A DNA stretch of 64,000 nucleotides from an uncultured delta proteobacterium (GTDB lineage Bacteria; Desulfobacterota; Binatia; HRBIN30; BPIQ01), in assembly GCA_963761335.1 (NCBI GenBank), contig CAVXGR010000025.1, positions 20,366-84,365 of the forward strand. The letters run 5' to 3'. Of the stretch, positions 55,597 through 64,000 are shown in pieces; within the stretch, counting starts at the first letter, position 1; every line of letters begins with the position of its first letter. Below the pieces are notes generated by a model. That model did no database searches, was not told the origin of the DNA, and saw nothing but the letters and a program-made list of their open reading frames with translations. The position numbers and the translations under genes were made by a program.

Positions 55597-55840
55597 GGCG
55601 CCCCCTTCGGGGGCGAAGACATTCGGATCGCCGGGTTCCGACCGGGGTTGGATACCGGCGCCCCCTTCGGGGGCGAAGACATTCGGATCGCCGGGTTCCG
55701 ACCGGGGTTGGATACCTGCGCCCCCTTCGGGGGCGAAGACATTCGGATCGCCGGGTTCCGACCGGGGTTGGATACCTGCGCCCCCTTCGGGGGCAAGGAC
55801 ATTCGCACCGCCCTGTTTCGAGCGGGGCTGCAGGCCTGCG
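55597..55840. repeat. 60-bp tandem repeat, three near-identical units plus one decayed
   Basis: Units start at 55597, 55657, 55717 and 55777. The unit is GGCGCCCCCTTCGGGGGCGAAGACATTCGGATCGCCGGGTTCCGACCGGGGTTGGATACC. Each has the hairpin CGCCCCC-TTC-GGGGGCG. 55561-55596 is a partial leading unit. The array ends 5 nt from the stop codon at 55846. Confidence 0.93.
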
Positions 55841-55845
55841 GTTTC

Positions 55846-57897
55846 TCATTCGAAGAAGTTCTCTTCGCCGATGAGCGGCAGAGCCGCGGCGGCGATCGGG
55901 TCGGCGGCGAAGTACTTCTGGATGCAGCCGTCGCGCAGATAGTTGGCGGCGGAAATCAGGACCATCGACTGGTCGAGGGCTATGTATTCGAAGGCGACCT
56001 CTCCGGTGAGCGGATTCACGGCGTCATAGAAACCATAGTCGCCGTAGATGTCATAGAGCTCGAGCATGCGCCGCAGATCGGCGACTGCCGCCTCCGGGGT
56101 GACGTTCAGGGCAAGGGCGGCGGCGTAGGGCGCCACCGCCCCGGCCCCGTAGCCGAGGGAACCGAGGACCTTCACCCCGTACTCGCCGTAGCCGTGGCCG
56201 CTGGGCGTGGCGCTGGGCGACATTCCCCACACCTCGTAGCCAAGCTCCTCGAGCGCGTAGCGTTTCTGCACCTCGGCGTGCACGCGGTCGTTGATGCCCA
56301 GGCTCTGTGGAGCGTAGCGCTGCTCGTCGAGGACCAGGAGCGGCATCAGTGCCTCGAACATGCTCCCTCCCCAGGAGGGCACGAAGTCGATCCCCTTCCA
56401 CCGGTAGTAGCCACCGGTGAGGCGATAGCCGTTGATGCTCTTCGCGTGGCGATGCACAGGGGTCATGGTCTGCCAGCTGCGTTGCGGCGGAAAGGTGCGC
56501 ACCAGATGGAACCAGTGCTCCGGCGGCACGTCGCCCTTGCCGATGGCGATCAGACTGCCGATGCGCGCCTCGGTGTAGAGGGCGCCGTAATGATACTCCG
56601 AGCGCGTCGGCACGTTGATGTAGTACCCGTGCGACATCTGCTCCTGCACCTCGTCGTAGAAGAAGCCGTAGTTGCCGCGCGCGATCAATGTGGAGCACGC
56701 CGGCGCCACCTCGGGAAAGGCGGAGCGCGCCACCAGCAGGCCGGCGGTGAGCCAGGAGGAGTCGACGAACGACAGGAAGTTGCTGGTCCGCTCGAGAGTG
56801 GTGGTGTCGTAGTAGTTGAAGAAGAAGCCGGCGAAGGTCTCCATCTGCCCGAGGGTGCGCAGTGTCCTCTCGAGGCGAGTCACCGCTTCCGGCCGCGGGA
56901 TGAAGCCGAGCTCGTACGCCGAGACCACCGCCATCAGGTGCAGGCCGATGTTGGTGACGTTGGTGTAGTCGCCGATCTCCGACTGCGCCGGGTCGAGAGA
57001 GGTCGCCAGCCGCAGGTGGTCGATCGGCAAGCCGTTGTCCCGGTGCGTGAGGGCGTCGAGTCCCCTCCAGGTGTCGCGCGCCATGCGCAGCAGAAGCTCG
57101 CGATCGTCCGCCGGCATCTCCGCCTGTGGGGTCAGCAGCCGCGAGGGCCAGCCGGAGAGTGAGGCGCGGATCCGCGCGCCAGCCGCCGCCGCGCCGCCGA
57201 GCGTCTGCTCCCACTCCTGCTTGCGCGCCGCGACGACGCGATCGCCGATCCTCGGGCTCGGACGCCCGGTTCTCCACAGCTCGATGTCGTCGATCAGGTA
57301 CGTTCCCCGGCGCGTCGTGACTCGCCGCGGCTCGAAGCTGAAGAAGAAGTCGCTGAGGTGCGTCCATTCGGCGATGCCGCTCATACGGTTCAGCGGCACC
57401 ACCACCTGCTGCCATTCCGAGGATACGCCGGTCACCACGGCGCTGCCGGTCTCGATCAGGTCCCGCGTGCCGGGCTGCGGCCGCCGAAAGCCAACCTTGA
57501 AGCGGGGGCTGAAGCCGTCCTCGGCATCGCCTTTCACCCAGAAGGCGAGATGGTCGTAACCCGAGGCGTCGAGGTCATCGAGGAGGATGCGCAGCCCGAT
57601 CGCCTCGGTTGTCTGCGGCCCGAGGACATAGTGGAGGCGCAGCGAGCTCCCCGCCGTTCCCGGCCGGGTTCCCGGATCCATGCGGATCTCGATGCGGGAA
57701 TCGGGAGTCTCGGCACGATCGGCGGGAATACTGCGGTAGCGATCCGGTGACTCCATGCCGTGCACCTCGAAGTCGTCGAGCACCAGGCGCTGCAGAACCG
57801 CGTTCGGAGTGGACAGGGGAGTGGGTTCATCGGCGCCCGCCGCCGCGGCGCACAGCGCCGCCAGCAGCAAGCAGGCCAACAACGTGGAGCGACTCAC
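55846..57897 (-). CDS. Exported beta-1,2-glucanase-like (alpha/alpha)6 protein (DUF3131 / GH144-related type) with N-terminal CBM-like domain
   Basis: GTG 57897 lies 4 nt after GGAGG, in the frame of ORF 55846..58338. Signal peptide VSRSTLLACLLLAALCAAAAGA. DYTNVTNIGLHLMAV and GFFFNYYDTTTLERTSNFLSFVDSSWLTAGLL parallel the TSPTNIGL and YNWYDT...VDSGNLAG motifs of the glucan-processing domain of cyclic glucan synthases as I recall them. Confidence 0.6.
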   Translation of the reverse strand: MSRSTLLACLLLAALCAAAAGADEPTPLSTPNAVLQRLVLDDFEVHGMESPDRYRSIPADRAETPDSRIEIRMDPGTRPGTAGSSLRLHYVLGPQTTEAIGLRILLDDLDASGYDHLAFWVKGDAEDGFSPRFKVGFRRPQPGTRDLIETGSAVVTGVSSEWQQVVVPLNRMSGIAEWTHLSDFFFSFEPRRVTTRRGTYLIDDIELWRTGRPSPRIGDRVVAARKQEWEQTLGGAAAAGARIRASLSGWPSRLLTPQAEMPADDRELLLRMARDTWRGLDALTHRDNGLPIDHLRLATSLDPAQSEIGDYTNVTNIGLHLMAVVSAYELGFIPRPEAVTRLERTLRTLGQMETFAGFFFNYYDTTTLERTSNFLSFVDSSWLTAGLLVARSAFPEVAPACSTLIARGNYGFFYDEVQEQMSHGYYINVPTRSEYHYGALYTEARIGSLIAIGKGDVPPEHWFHLVRTFPPQRSWQTMTPVHRHAKSINGYRLTGGYYRWKGIDFVPSWGGSMFEALMPLLVLDEQRYAPQSLGINDRVHAEVQKRYALEELGYEVWGMSPSATPSGHGYGEYGVKVLGSLGYGAGAVAPYAAALALNVTPEAAVADLRRMLELYDIYGDYGFYDAVNPLTGEVAFEYIALDQSMVLISAANYLRDGCIQKYFAADPIAAAALPLIGEENFFE

Positions 57898-57922
57898 GAT
57901 ACCTCCGGCGGATTCCCGCGGC

Positions 57923-59476
57923 TCATGTGAAGCGCTTGATCTGCCGCCACGCGTCGGGAAGCGGCAGCCGCAGATCGCGGCAGACGTACACGGGCAGGTT
58001 GGTTTCGAGGGGCATCGCCCACGGCGACTCGACGACTGCCGCCTTCTCGACCGATCGGAAGTACCGCTCGAGGTCCTCTCGCGGTATGCCCACGGCGATC
58101 GCCAGCGAGCCGTCGGTGCCCCCCGGTCCCCAGAGCCAGTAGTTGTTGTGCGGTGAGATGGCCCGGGGCAAGCCGTCGCCTGCCCCGAAGAAATCGATGG
58201 CGCCCGCCTCGCCGTAGTTGCCGGCGAGAATCGCGGCGCGGGAGCGCTCGGGCGGCGGCAGAGAGGCATAGACGCCGGCCACGACTTCCACCAGGTGCGG
58301 CCAGCCGAAGCGGTCGGCGAAGATCTGCGGCAGCGCACCGAGCGGGCTGCGCTCCTCCCGGGGAGGACCGATGCCGATGAAGCGCAGATACCCCGCCAGC
58401 GCCCGGGGCGGCAGCACGGGCAGGGCGAGCGGGGCCACGGCGATGCCGCCGATGCTCAACCAGAGGGCCGCGGCGGCCGGCAACCAGCGCCAACGGCGCG
58501 CGGCCAGGCGCTCGACCAGGACACCTCCCGCTGCCAGCAGCGGCGGGTAGGCGGGAAAGAGATAGTAGGGCTTGCCGTGCTGCGCCATGAGCAGTGCCAG
58601 GACGAAGAGATAGGCAAGCCCGAGGGCGCGATAGGGCCGCAGCGCTGCCGAGAAGAGCAGGGCGCCGAGCCCGGCGATCCACAGCGGCGCCACCAGCGGG
58701 TTGCTGTCGATCAGCTGCGCCCCGATGAAGGTGCCCGGCGACATCGGCATATTCTTGTACAGCATGGCGTTGTGCATGAACTCGAGCGTGGGAAAGCCAT
58801 GGGCCGCCTGCCACAGCAGATGGGGTAGGAAGAGCAGGGCGGCGAGCGCCCCGCCGGCGACGAGCCAGCGACTCCACAGAAGCCGCCGCTGCGGTGTGAG
58901 CAGCAGGCCGGCGAGCAAGCCGGTCGAAAAGAAAGCGACGCTGATCTTGTTGAGCAGCCCGAGGCCCATGAGCGCCCCGAACGCCAGCCACAGGCGATCG
59001 TCGCCGGTGCAGAGCATGCGCGCGGCCAGCAGTGCCCCGGCGACCCAGAAGAGCATGTCGAAGGCGTTCATCGAGAAGAAGCTGAAGATCGCCAGCGTCG
59101 CCGCGGTGAACAGCCAGCCGAGAGCCGCGAGCCACTGCGCCGCCCGCCCCCCACCCATCTGGCGCGCCAGCAGACCGGTGAGAAACACACAGGCGCCGGC
59201 GGCGAGCGCCACCGGAAGGCGGATGGCCGAGATCGAATCCCCGAGCAGAGCCCGCGTCAGCGCCAGCACCGCGATCGACAGGGGTGGGTGGTCGACGTAG
59301 CCCCACGCCAGATGGTCGCTGCAAGCGATGTAGTAGAGCTCGTCGCGGAAGTAGCCGTAGGTGCCGTTGGTGAGCAGGTGGACGGCGACCGCGGCGAGCG
59401 CCAGCAGCAGCAGGCCGCCGGTGGGGCTCTGCCATCGGGGCCGCGCGCGCTCGGGCACGGCGGAGGCGGCAGGCAC
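57923..59476 (-). CDS. GT39/GT83-type (ArnT/PMT-like) membrane glycosyltransferase
   Basis: GTG 59476. Motifs: TNGTYGYFRDELYYIACSDHLAWGYVDHPPLS and many transmembrane segments. The C-terminal soluble domain is typical of dolichyl/undecaprenyl-phosphate-sugar-dependent transferases. Confidence 0.8.
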   Translation of the reverse strand: MPAASAVPERARPRWQSPTGGLLLLALAAVAVHLLTNGTYGYFRDELYYIACSDHLAWGYVDHPPLSIAVLALTRALLGDSISAIRLPVALAAGACVFLTGLLARQMGGGRAAQWLAALGWLFTAATLAIFSFFSMNAFDMLFWVAGALLAARMLCTGDDRLWLAFGALMGLGLLNKISVAFFSTGLLAGLLLTPQRRLLWSRWLVAGGALAALLFLPHLLWQAAHGFPTLEFMHNAMLYKNMPMSPGTFIGAQLIDSNPLVAPLWIAGLGALLFSAALRPYRALGLAYLFVLALLMAQHGKPYYLFPAYPPLLAAGGVLVERLAARRWRWLPAAAALWLSIGGIAVAPLALPVLPPRALAGYLRFIGIGPPREERSPLGALPQIFADRFGWPHLVEVVAGVYASLPPPERSRAAILAGNYGEAGAIDFFGAGDGLPRAISPHNNYWLWGPGGTDGSLAIAVGIPREDLERYFRSVEKAAVVESPWAMPLETNLPVYVCRDLRLPLPDAWRQIKRFT

Positions 59477-59482
59477 GCGAGC

Positions 59483-60850
59483 TCAGGCCCCGACGCTGGG
59501 AAGGCCGGCGAGCGCCATCGCCACCTCGGCGTCCGGATACTCGTAATTGCGCAGCTTGCCGGCGAAGAAGTCCATGTACGCCTGCATATCGAAATGGCCG
59601 TGGCCGCAGAGGTTGAAGAGAATGGCGCGGCTCACGCCTTCCTCCTTGCAGCGCACGGCCTCGCGCAGGGCGCCGGCGACGGCGTGATTGGCCTCCGGCG
59701 CCGGCAGGATGCCCTCGGCGCGGGCGAAGGCGACCCCGGCCTCGAAGGCCTCGAGCTGCTGCACCGCCGTGGGCTCCACCTGGCCGAGTGCCGTGACATG
59801 GCTCACCAACGGCGCCATGCCGTGGTAGCGCAGACCGCCGGAGTGGATGCTCGGCGGCACGAAGCGGCTGCCGAGGGTATGCATCTTCATGAGCGGCGTC
59901 AGGTGCGCCGTGTCGCCGAAATCGTACGCGTAGCGCCCGCGCGTCAGGCTGGGACAGGCGGCCGGCTCGACGGCGACCACGCGCACTGCGGACTCGCCGC
60001 GCAGCTTGCGGCCGAGAAAGGGGAAGGCGAGACCGGCGAAGTTCGAGCCGCCGCCGGTGCAGGCGACGATGACGTCGGGCTCGTCCTCCGCCATCTCCAT
60101 CTGCTTTTGCGCCTCGAGGCCGATCACCGTCTGATGCAGCAGAACGTGGTTGAGAACGCTTCCGAGACTGTACTTGGTGCGCTCGTCCTGGGCGGCGACC
60201 TCCACCGCCTCGGAGATGGCCATGCCGAGCGATCCGCTGCATTCCGGATCCTCGCCGAGAATCGCCCGCCCCGCCGCCGTGGTCGGGCTCGGGCTGGCGA
60301 TCACCTCGGCGCCGTAGGTTTCGATCAGGGCGCGGCGATAGGGCTTCTGGTCGTAGCTGACGCGCACCATGAAGACGGTGCACTCCAGACCGAAGAAGCC
60401 ACAGGCCATCGCCAGCGCCGAGCCCCACTGGCCGGCGCCGGTCTCGGTGGCCAGGCGGGTGATGCCCTCGCACTTGTTGTAGTAGGCCTGCGGCACCGAG
60501 GTGTTGGGCTTGTGCGAGCCGACCGGGCTGACACCCTCGTACTTGTAGTAGATGCGCGCCGGGGTATCGAGCCATTGCTCGAGTCGGCGGGCGCGGAAGA
60601 GCGGTGTCGGCCGCCACATGCGGTAGATATTGCGCACCTCGCCGGGAATCTCGACGTCGCGGGCAACACTGGCCTCCTGATGGATCAGCGCCTGCGGAAA
60701 GAGCGGCGCCAGGTCGGCCGGACCGATGGGCGCACCCGTACCCGGATGAAGAACCGGCGGCGGCGCCTCCGGGAGATCCGCCGCGATGTTGTACCAGGTC
60801 TGCGGAATGTCGTCCTCTCCGAGGAGGAACTTGGTTCGCTCGCGCGCCAT
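59483..60850 (-). CDS. TrpB2-type tryptophan synthase beta-like PLP enzyme
   Basis: ATG 60850 ([27 protein letters not shown]). Motifs: [24 protein letters not shown] (PLP lysine), [24 protein letters not shown]. Confidence 0.85.
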   Translation of the reverse strand: MARERTKFLLGEDDIPQTWYNIAADLPEAPPPVLHPGTGAPIGPADLAPLFPQALIHQEASVARDVEIPGEVRNIYRMWRPTPLFRARRLEQWLDTPARIYYKYEGVSPVGSHKPNTSVPQAYYNKCEGITRLATETGAGQWGSALAMACGFFGLECTVFMVRVSYDQKPYRRALIETYGAEVIASPSPTTAAGRAILGEDPECSGSLGMAISEAVEVAAQDERTKYSLGSVLNHVLLHQTVIGLEAQKQMEMAEDEPDVIVACTGGGSNFAGLAFPFLGRKLRGESAVRVVAVEPAACPSLTRGRYAYDFGDTAHLTPLMKMHTLGSRFVPPSIHSGGLRYHGMAPLVSHVTALGQVEPTAVQQLEAFEAGVAFARAEGILPAPEANHAVAGALREAVRCKEEGVSRAILFNLCGHGHFDMQAYMDFFAGKLRNYEYPDAEVAMALAGLPSVGA

Positions 60851-60995
60851 GGGCAGCTCCTGGGCCTGAGTAGCAGATCGCTGCCGCAAGCGGAAATCAC
60901 CGCTCCGGTTGCGCGGCGGCCGAAGAGATCGGTCCCCTCAGCCTGGCCCTCTTCAGGCAATGCGGGAGAGGGGACCCGAGCTCGCGGCGCCGCTC

Positions 60996-61877
60996 TCACT
61001 GCTCCAGGAAGCGGTAGGCGTCGAGATTTCCGAGGGTCAGGTCCGTGGCCATCGGGGTGATGCTGGCGAAGCCGTTCTGCAACGCCTGGACATCGTTGGA
61101 CGGGTCGGCGAGCGTCGAGGTGCAGTCGGTGGACAGTACGCTGGAGCTCTCCACCACCGGCAGATAGGTGGACGTCGTGCCGCTCTCCGAGGTCAGGGTA
61201 TAGTCGACGATCTGCGAGGAGCGGCCGATCGGCACCACGCGAATGCCGCGCATGGAGCCGGAGCTGCAGCTGGGAAAGTTGACGTTCAGCACCACGGCCT
61301 GGCCGGGGCGGCTGCCGGCGCTCATCGCCTGCTGAAAGCTGCCGTCGGTGCGCAGCCGCTCCACCGTGTCGGCGGTGAAGCGCGCCGCCGGACCGTAGTC
61401 GTTTGGGATCAGGCCGAGACTGACGGCGATGGCCGGGATGCCAAGGCGAGCGGCCCAGAGCGCCGCGCCCACCGTCCCGGAGATGTCGATCAGCTCGCCG
61501 ATGTTTTGGCCGGCGTTGATCCCGGAGACGACGACGTCAGGGCGTGAGGGAAGCCCTTTGAGAACGCCGAAGAGGACGCAGTCCGCCGGGAACCCGGAAA
61601 GGGCGGTGGCCTCGAAGCCGGCGGCCGTCTCCGCCATGGTCGCGTCGATAGAGTTCTGCGTCGTCTGCTGGCCCGAGCCGCTGCGGTTCTGCGCCGGGGC
61701 GATGACCGACACCTCCAGCTGCGGGTTCTTGGCCAGCTCCTCGACCACGGCCGAGATGCCGGGAGCCCCGACACCGTCGTCGTTGGTCACCAGCACCCGC
61801 AGGGTCGGCTCCGCATGGCCGCCGTCGCAGGCGGCGAGAACGAAAATCATCAGGGCAAACGGCGCAAGTCGTCTCAT
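60996..61877 (-). CDS. surE: SurE-family 5'/3'-nucleotidase with lipoprotein signal peptide
   Basis: MRRLAPFALMIFVLAAC (lipobox) followed by LRVLVTNDDGVGAPGI, IAPAQNRSGSG, SGINAGQNIG, GTVGAALWAARLGIPAIAVS. Confidence 0.8.
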   Translation of the reverse strand: MRRLAPFALMIFVLAACDGGHAEPTLRVLVTNDDGVGAPGISAVVEELAKNPQLEVSVIAPAQNRSGSGQQTTQNSIDATMAETAAGFEATALSGFPADCVLFGVLKGLPSRPDVVVSGINAGQNIGELIDISGTVGAALWAARLGIPAIAVSLGLIPNDYGPAARFTADTVERLRTDGSFQQAMSAGSRPGQAVVLNVNFPSCSSGSMRGIRVVPIGRSSQIVDYTLTSESGTTSTYLPVVESSSVLSTDCTSTLADPSNDVQALQNGFASITPMATDLTLGNLDAYRFLEQ

Positions 61878-61931
61878 TATCGCACCCCCTCGGAGAGAAT
61901 GACGCAGGCCTACGGCCTGTGGCCGCCGCCG

Positions 61932-63131
61932 TCAAGACGAGATTGCGTTTGCCGCGGTGTACAGCGGTCGTGGAAAGCGAAAGAGCAGGGCGGCGAGGAC
62001 GATCATGGTGGCCGCCGCGGCGGCATAGAAGGCCATGCCTGCAATCACTCCGGCCGCATCGCTCACCGCGGACATCGTCCACGGGATGGCAATGCCGCCG
62101 ACGCCGGCACCGGCCACCAGCAAGCTGGTGGCGCGCGCCGCGTTGTGCGGGTGATGCCGGCCTCCGAGAGCGATGGTGGCCGGGAAGATGCCGGAGAGCC
62201 CCGCACCGGCGATCGCGAAGATGACGGTCGCGCTTGCGGCACTTCCGGCGAGAAGCGTTCCCGCCAGAGACGCCGTGGCCGCGATCGTCAGGACGAGCAG
62301 CAGCGTCTCCTCGCGAATTCGATGCGCGAAGACGCTGAGGGCGAGGCGTCCCGCAGCGAGCCCGAGCCAGTAGAGCGACAGCGCCGTGCCGGCGGATGCC
62401 AGCGTGGCTCCGCGCGCCGTCACCAGATACTTGGTCAGCCAGGTGCCGACACCGACCTCCACGCCCACGTATACGCCCAGCAACATCGCCAGGACGGTCA
62501 CCGGGGCAGGCCGCAGGCGGGCCTCGCCGGCCGCCGCCGCAGGCATGCTTTCGTTGGCGAGCCGCAGCCGCATCCAGCCGGCGCTCACCAGCGCCGTGGC
62601 GCCGCCGGTGAGCAAGAACGGTAGCCGCCACGAGACCCCGGCGGCGACGGCATGGGTGGCCAGGGCCGGGGTCACGAAACAGCCGACCCCGAAGAACAGA
62701 TGGGCGAAGTTCAGCAGGTTGGAGCTGCGGGCGCCGCCAACGCGAATGAGGATGGTGTTGATGCCGACCTCCATGACGCCGAAGCCGATACCACTGACGA
62801 AGAGCATCGCGGCGCCGGCAAACGGGTTGGAGATCAGGCCAAATCCCGCGATGCCGGCAGCGAAGGTGAAGACCGCGGCGCTCAGGACGCGGCGCGGCGG
62901 CAGCTGCTCCAGGAGTCGCCCGGAGCCGAGCACTGCCAGCAAGTAGGCGATCGGCTGAAAGGCGAGCATCGACCCGGCCTCTACCGGGCGCATGCCGAAG
63001 CGTTCCAACAGCAGAGGCAGGAGCGCCCCAGGCAGAGTGCTGGCGGCGCCGATGGCAGCGAAGGAGGCAGAAGCCAGTCCGACGGCGAGCGCCGTGCTCG
63101 ACACCGGAGCTCCGGAGTCCGGCGTGCTCAC
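61932..63131 (-). CDS. MFS transporter
   Basis: 399 aa, GTG 63131. About 12 hydrophobic helices in a 6+6 layout. The substrate is not assignable. Confidence 0.75.
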   Translation of the reverse strand: MSTPDSGAPVSSTALAVGLASASFAAIGAASTLPGALLPLLLERFGMRPVEAGSMLAFQPIAYLLAVLGSGRLLEQLPPRRVLSAAVFTFAAGIAGFGLISNPFAGAAMLFVSGIGFGVMEVGINTILIRVGGARSSNLLNFAHLFFGVGCFVTPALATHAVAAGVSWRLPFLLTGGATALVSAGWMRLRLANESMPAAAAGEARLRPAPVTVLAMLLGVYVGVEVGVGTWLTKYLVTARGATLASAGTALSLYWLGLAAGRLALSVFAHRIREETLLLVLTIAATASLAGTLLAGSAASATVIFAIAGAGLSGIFPATIALGGRHHPHNAARATSLLVAGAGVGGIAIPWTMSAVSDAAGVIAGMAFYAAAAATMIVLAALLFRFPRPLYTAANAISS

Positions 63132-63141
63132 CGCCGGCTGC

Positions 63142-64000
63142 TCATTCCTCCCACCGCTTCAGCACCAGCGAGGCGTTGGCGCCGCCGAAGCCGAACGAGT
63201 TGGTGAGCGCCAGGCGTACGTTCGCCTGCCGCGTCCGGTGCGGCACGTAGTCGAGATCACACTCCGGATCCGGGTGATCGAGGTTGATGGTCGGCGTGAT
63301 GATGCCGGTCTCCAGGGTCTTGGCGGTGACCAGCGTCTCGAGCGCCCCCGAGGCGCCAATCATGTGACCGGTCATCGATTTGGTGGCGCTCACCGCCAAG
63401 CGGTGGGCGTGGGCGCCGAAAACCAGCTTGATCCCCTGAGTCTCGTTCAGGTCGCCCATCGGCGTCGAGGTGGCGTGTGCGTTGATATAATCGATCTCCT
63501 CCGGCTGCACAGCAGCGCTCTCCAGGGCCGCTTGCATGCAGGCGGCGACGCCGACGCCGTCGGGCAGGGGTGCGGCGATGTGGAAGGCCTCGTTTCCGGT
63601 GGCGTAGCCGACGATCTCGGCATAGATGTGCGCGCCGCGACTCTGCGCCGCCTCCAGGGATTCGACCACCAGGATGGCGGCGCCCTCGGAGAGGACGAAG
63701 CCGTCGCGATCGCGGTCGAACGGGCAGCTGGCGCGCTGCGGCTCGTCGTTGCGCAGGGTCACGGCGCGCGAGTTTGCGAAGCCGGCGATCTCGGTGGGAT
63801 CGATGAGCGCGTCGACGCCGCCGGCCAGCACCGCGTCGCAGGTCCCGTCGCGCACATAGCGCCAGGCCTCGCCGACGCCGTTGAGCCCCGAGGCGCAGGC
63901 GTTGCCGATGGTGAAGTTGGGGCCGCGCACGCCGAGGCGGATGGCCACCTGAGCGGCACCGAGACTGGTGGTGATCGCGGTGATGTAGAACGGAGAGACG
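63142..64000 (-). CDS. Beta-ketoacyl-ACP synthase II-like (KAS II), 5' end beyond the window
   Basis: The frame stays open to the window edge. Cys-His-His triad contexts: NACASG, INAHATSTP, KSMTGHMIGASG. The C-terminus is NSFGFGGANASLVLKRW. The stop is at 63142. Confidence 0.85.
   Translation of the reverse strand, partial: VSPFYITAITTSLGAAQVAIRLGVRGPNFTIGNACASGLNGVGEAWRYVRDGTCDAVLAGGVDALIDPTEIAGFANSRAVTLRNDEPQRASCPFDRDRDGFVLSEGAAILVVESLEAAQSRGAHIYAEIVGYATGNEAFHIAAPLPDGVGVAACMQAALESAAVQPEEIDYINAHATSTPMGDLNETQGIKLVFGAHAHRLAVSATKSMTGHMIGASGALETLVTAKTLETGIITPTINLDHPDPECDLDYVPHRTRQANVRLALTNSFGFGGANASLVLKRWEE

Noticed and set aside
55597-55615. Reading the R1 hairpins as C(UUCG)G tetraloops
   Set aside because: In the tetraloop register the stem loses complementarity (C opposite C). 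The consistent pairing is a 7-bp stem with a 3-nt TTC loop. Only the hairpin at 18244-18273 has a genuine cUUCGg loop.

Overview
This is a 64-kb window of a visibly GC-rich bacterial chromosome (roughly two-thirds G+C by eye, not computed). I support about 45 protein genes. I recognised no rRNA, tRNA, IS/transposase, phage, integrase or cas genes. Gene content by region: (1) 1-9.9 kb, 16-18 kb and 22-26.6 kb hold acyl-CoA metabolism genes: two family III CoA-transferases, three acyl-CoA dehydrogenases, two acyl-CoA synthetases, an enoyl-CoA hydratase, an SDR and a fused EtfB-EtfA. A 1042-aa DUF748/AsmA-like envelope protein interrupts this set. (2) 11.1-16 kb holds a Ycf48-like Asp-box propeller, an MMPL/RND-type transporter and a DUF1329 protein. 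(3) 20.6-30.3 kb holds sthA, tkt and an aldehyde dehydrogenase. (4) 30.4-37.1 kb is a stress-type island: an HPF/RaiA-like protein, otsB, a DLH-type hydrolase, a DksA/TraR zinc finger, sodC, a Ku remnant, a small basic protein, an NTase-like protein and an anchored SDR. Two sigma54-type promoter candidates lie in this island. (5) 39.5-59.5 kb is a beta-1,2-glucan supercluster: opgG-opgH, a sugar ABC importer, a discoidin/GH15-like protein, a GH94 phosphorylase-like protein, a glucanase-like (alpha/alpha)6 protein and GT39. (6) The window ends with a TrpB2 paralogue, a lipoprotein-type SurE, an MFS transporter and a partial KAS II. The most unusual material is noncoding. A 1.5-kb array of 18 tandem 83-84 bp hairpin-rich units lies at 19015-20527, and diverged solo copies of the same unit occur at 33346-33388 and 55385-55467. 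Two loci (10.5-10.9 kb and 55.3-55.8 kb) are BIME-like mosaics of GC-rich hairpin families whose stems show compensatory changes, and the second locus includes a 60-bp tandem repeat. A further class of long intergenic palindromes has arms built from short tandem motifs (3617-3712, 9885-10033, 10953-11055, 26614-26730, 34419-34492). Function calls rest on motifs read from the translations. No database search was run.
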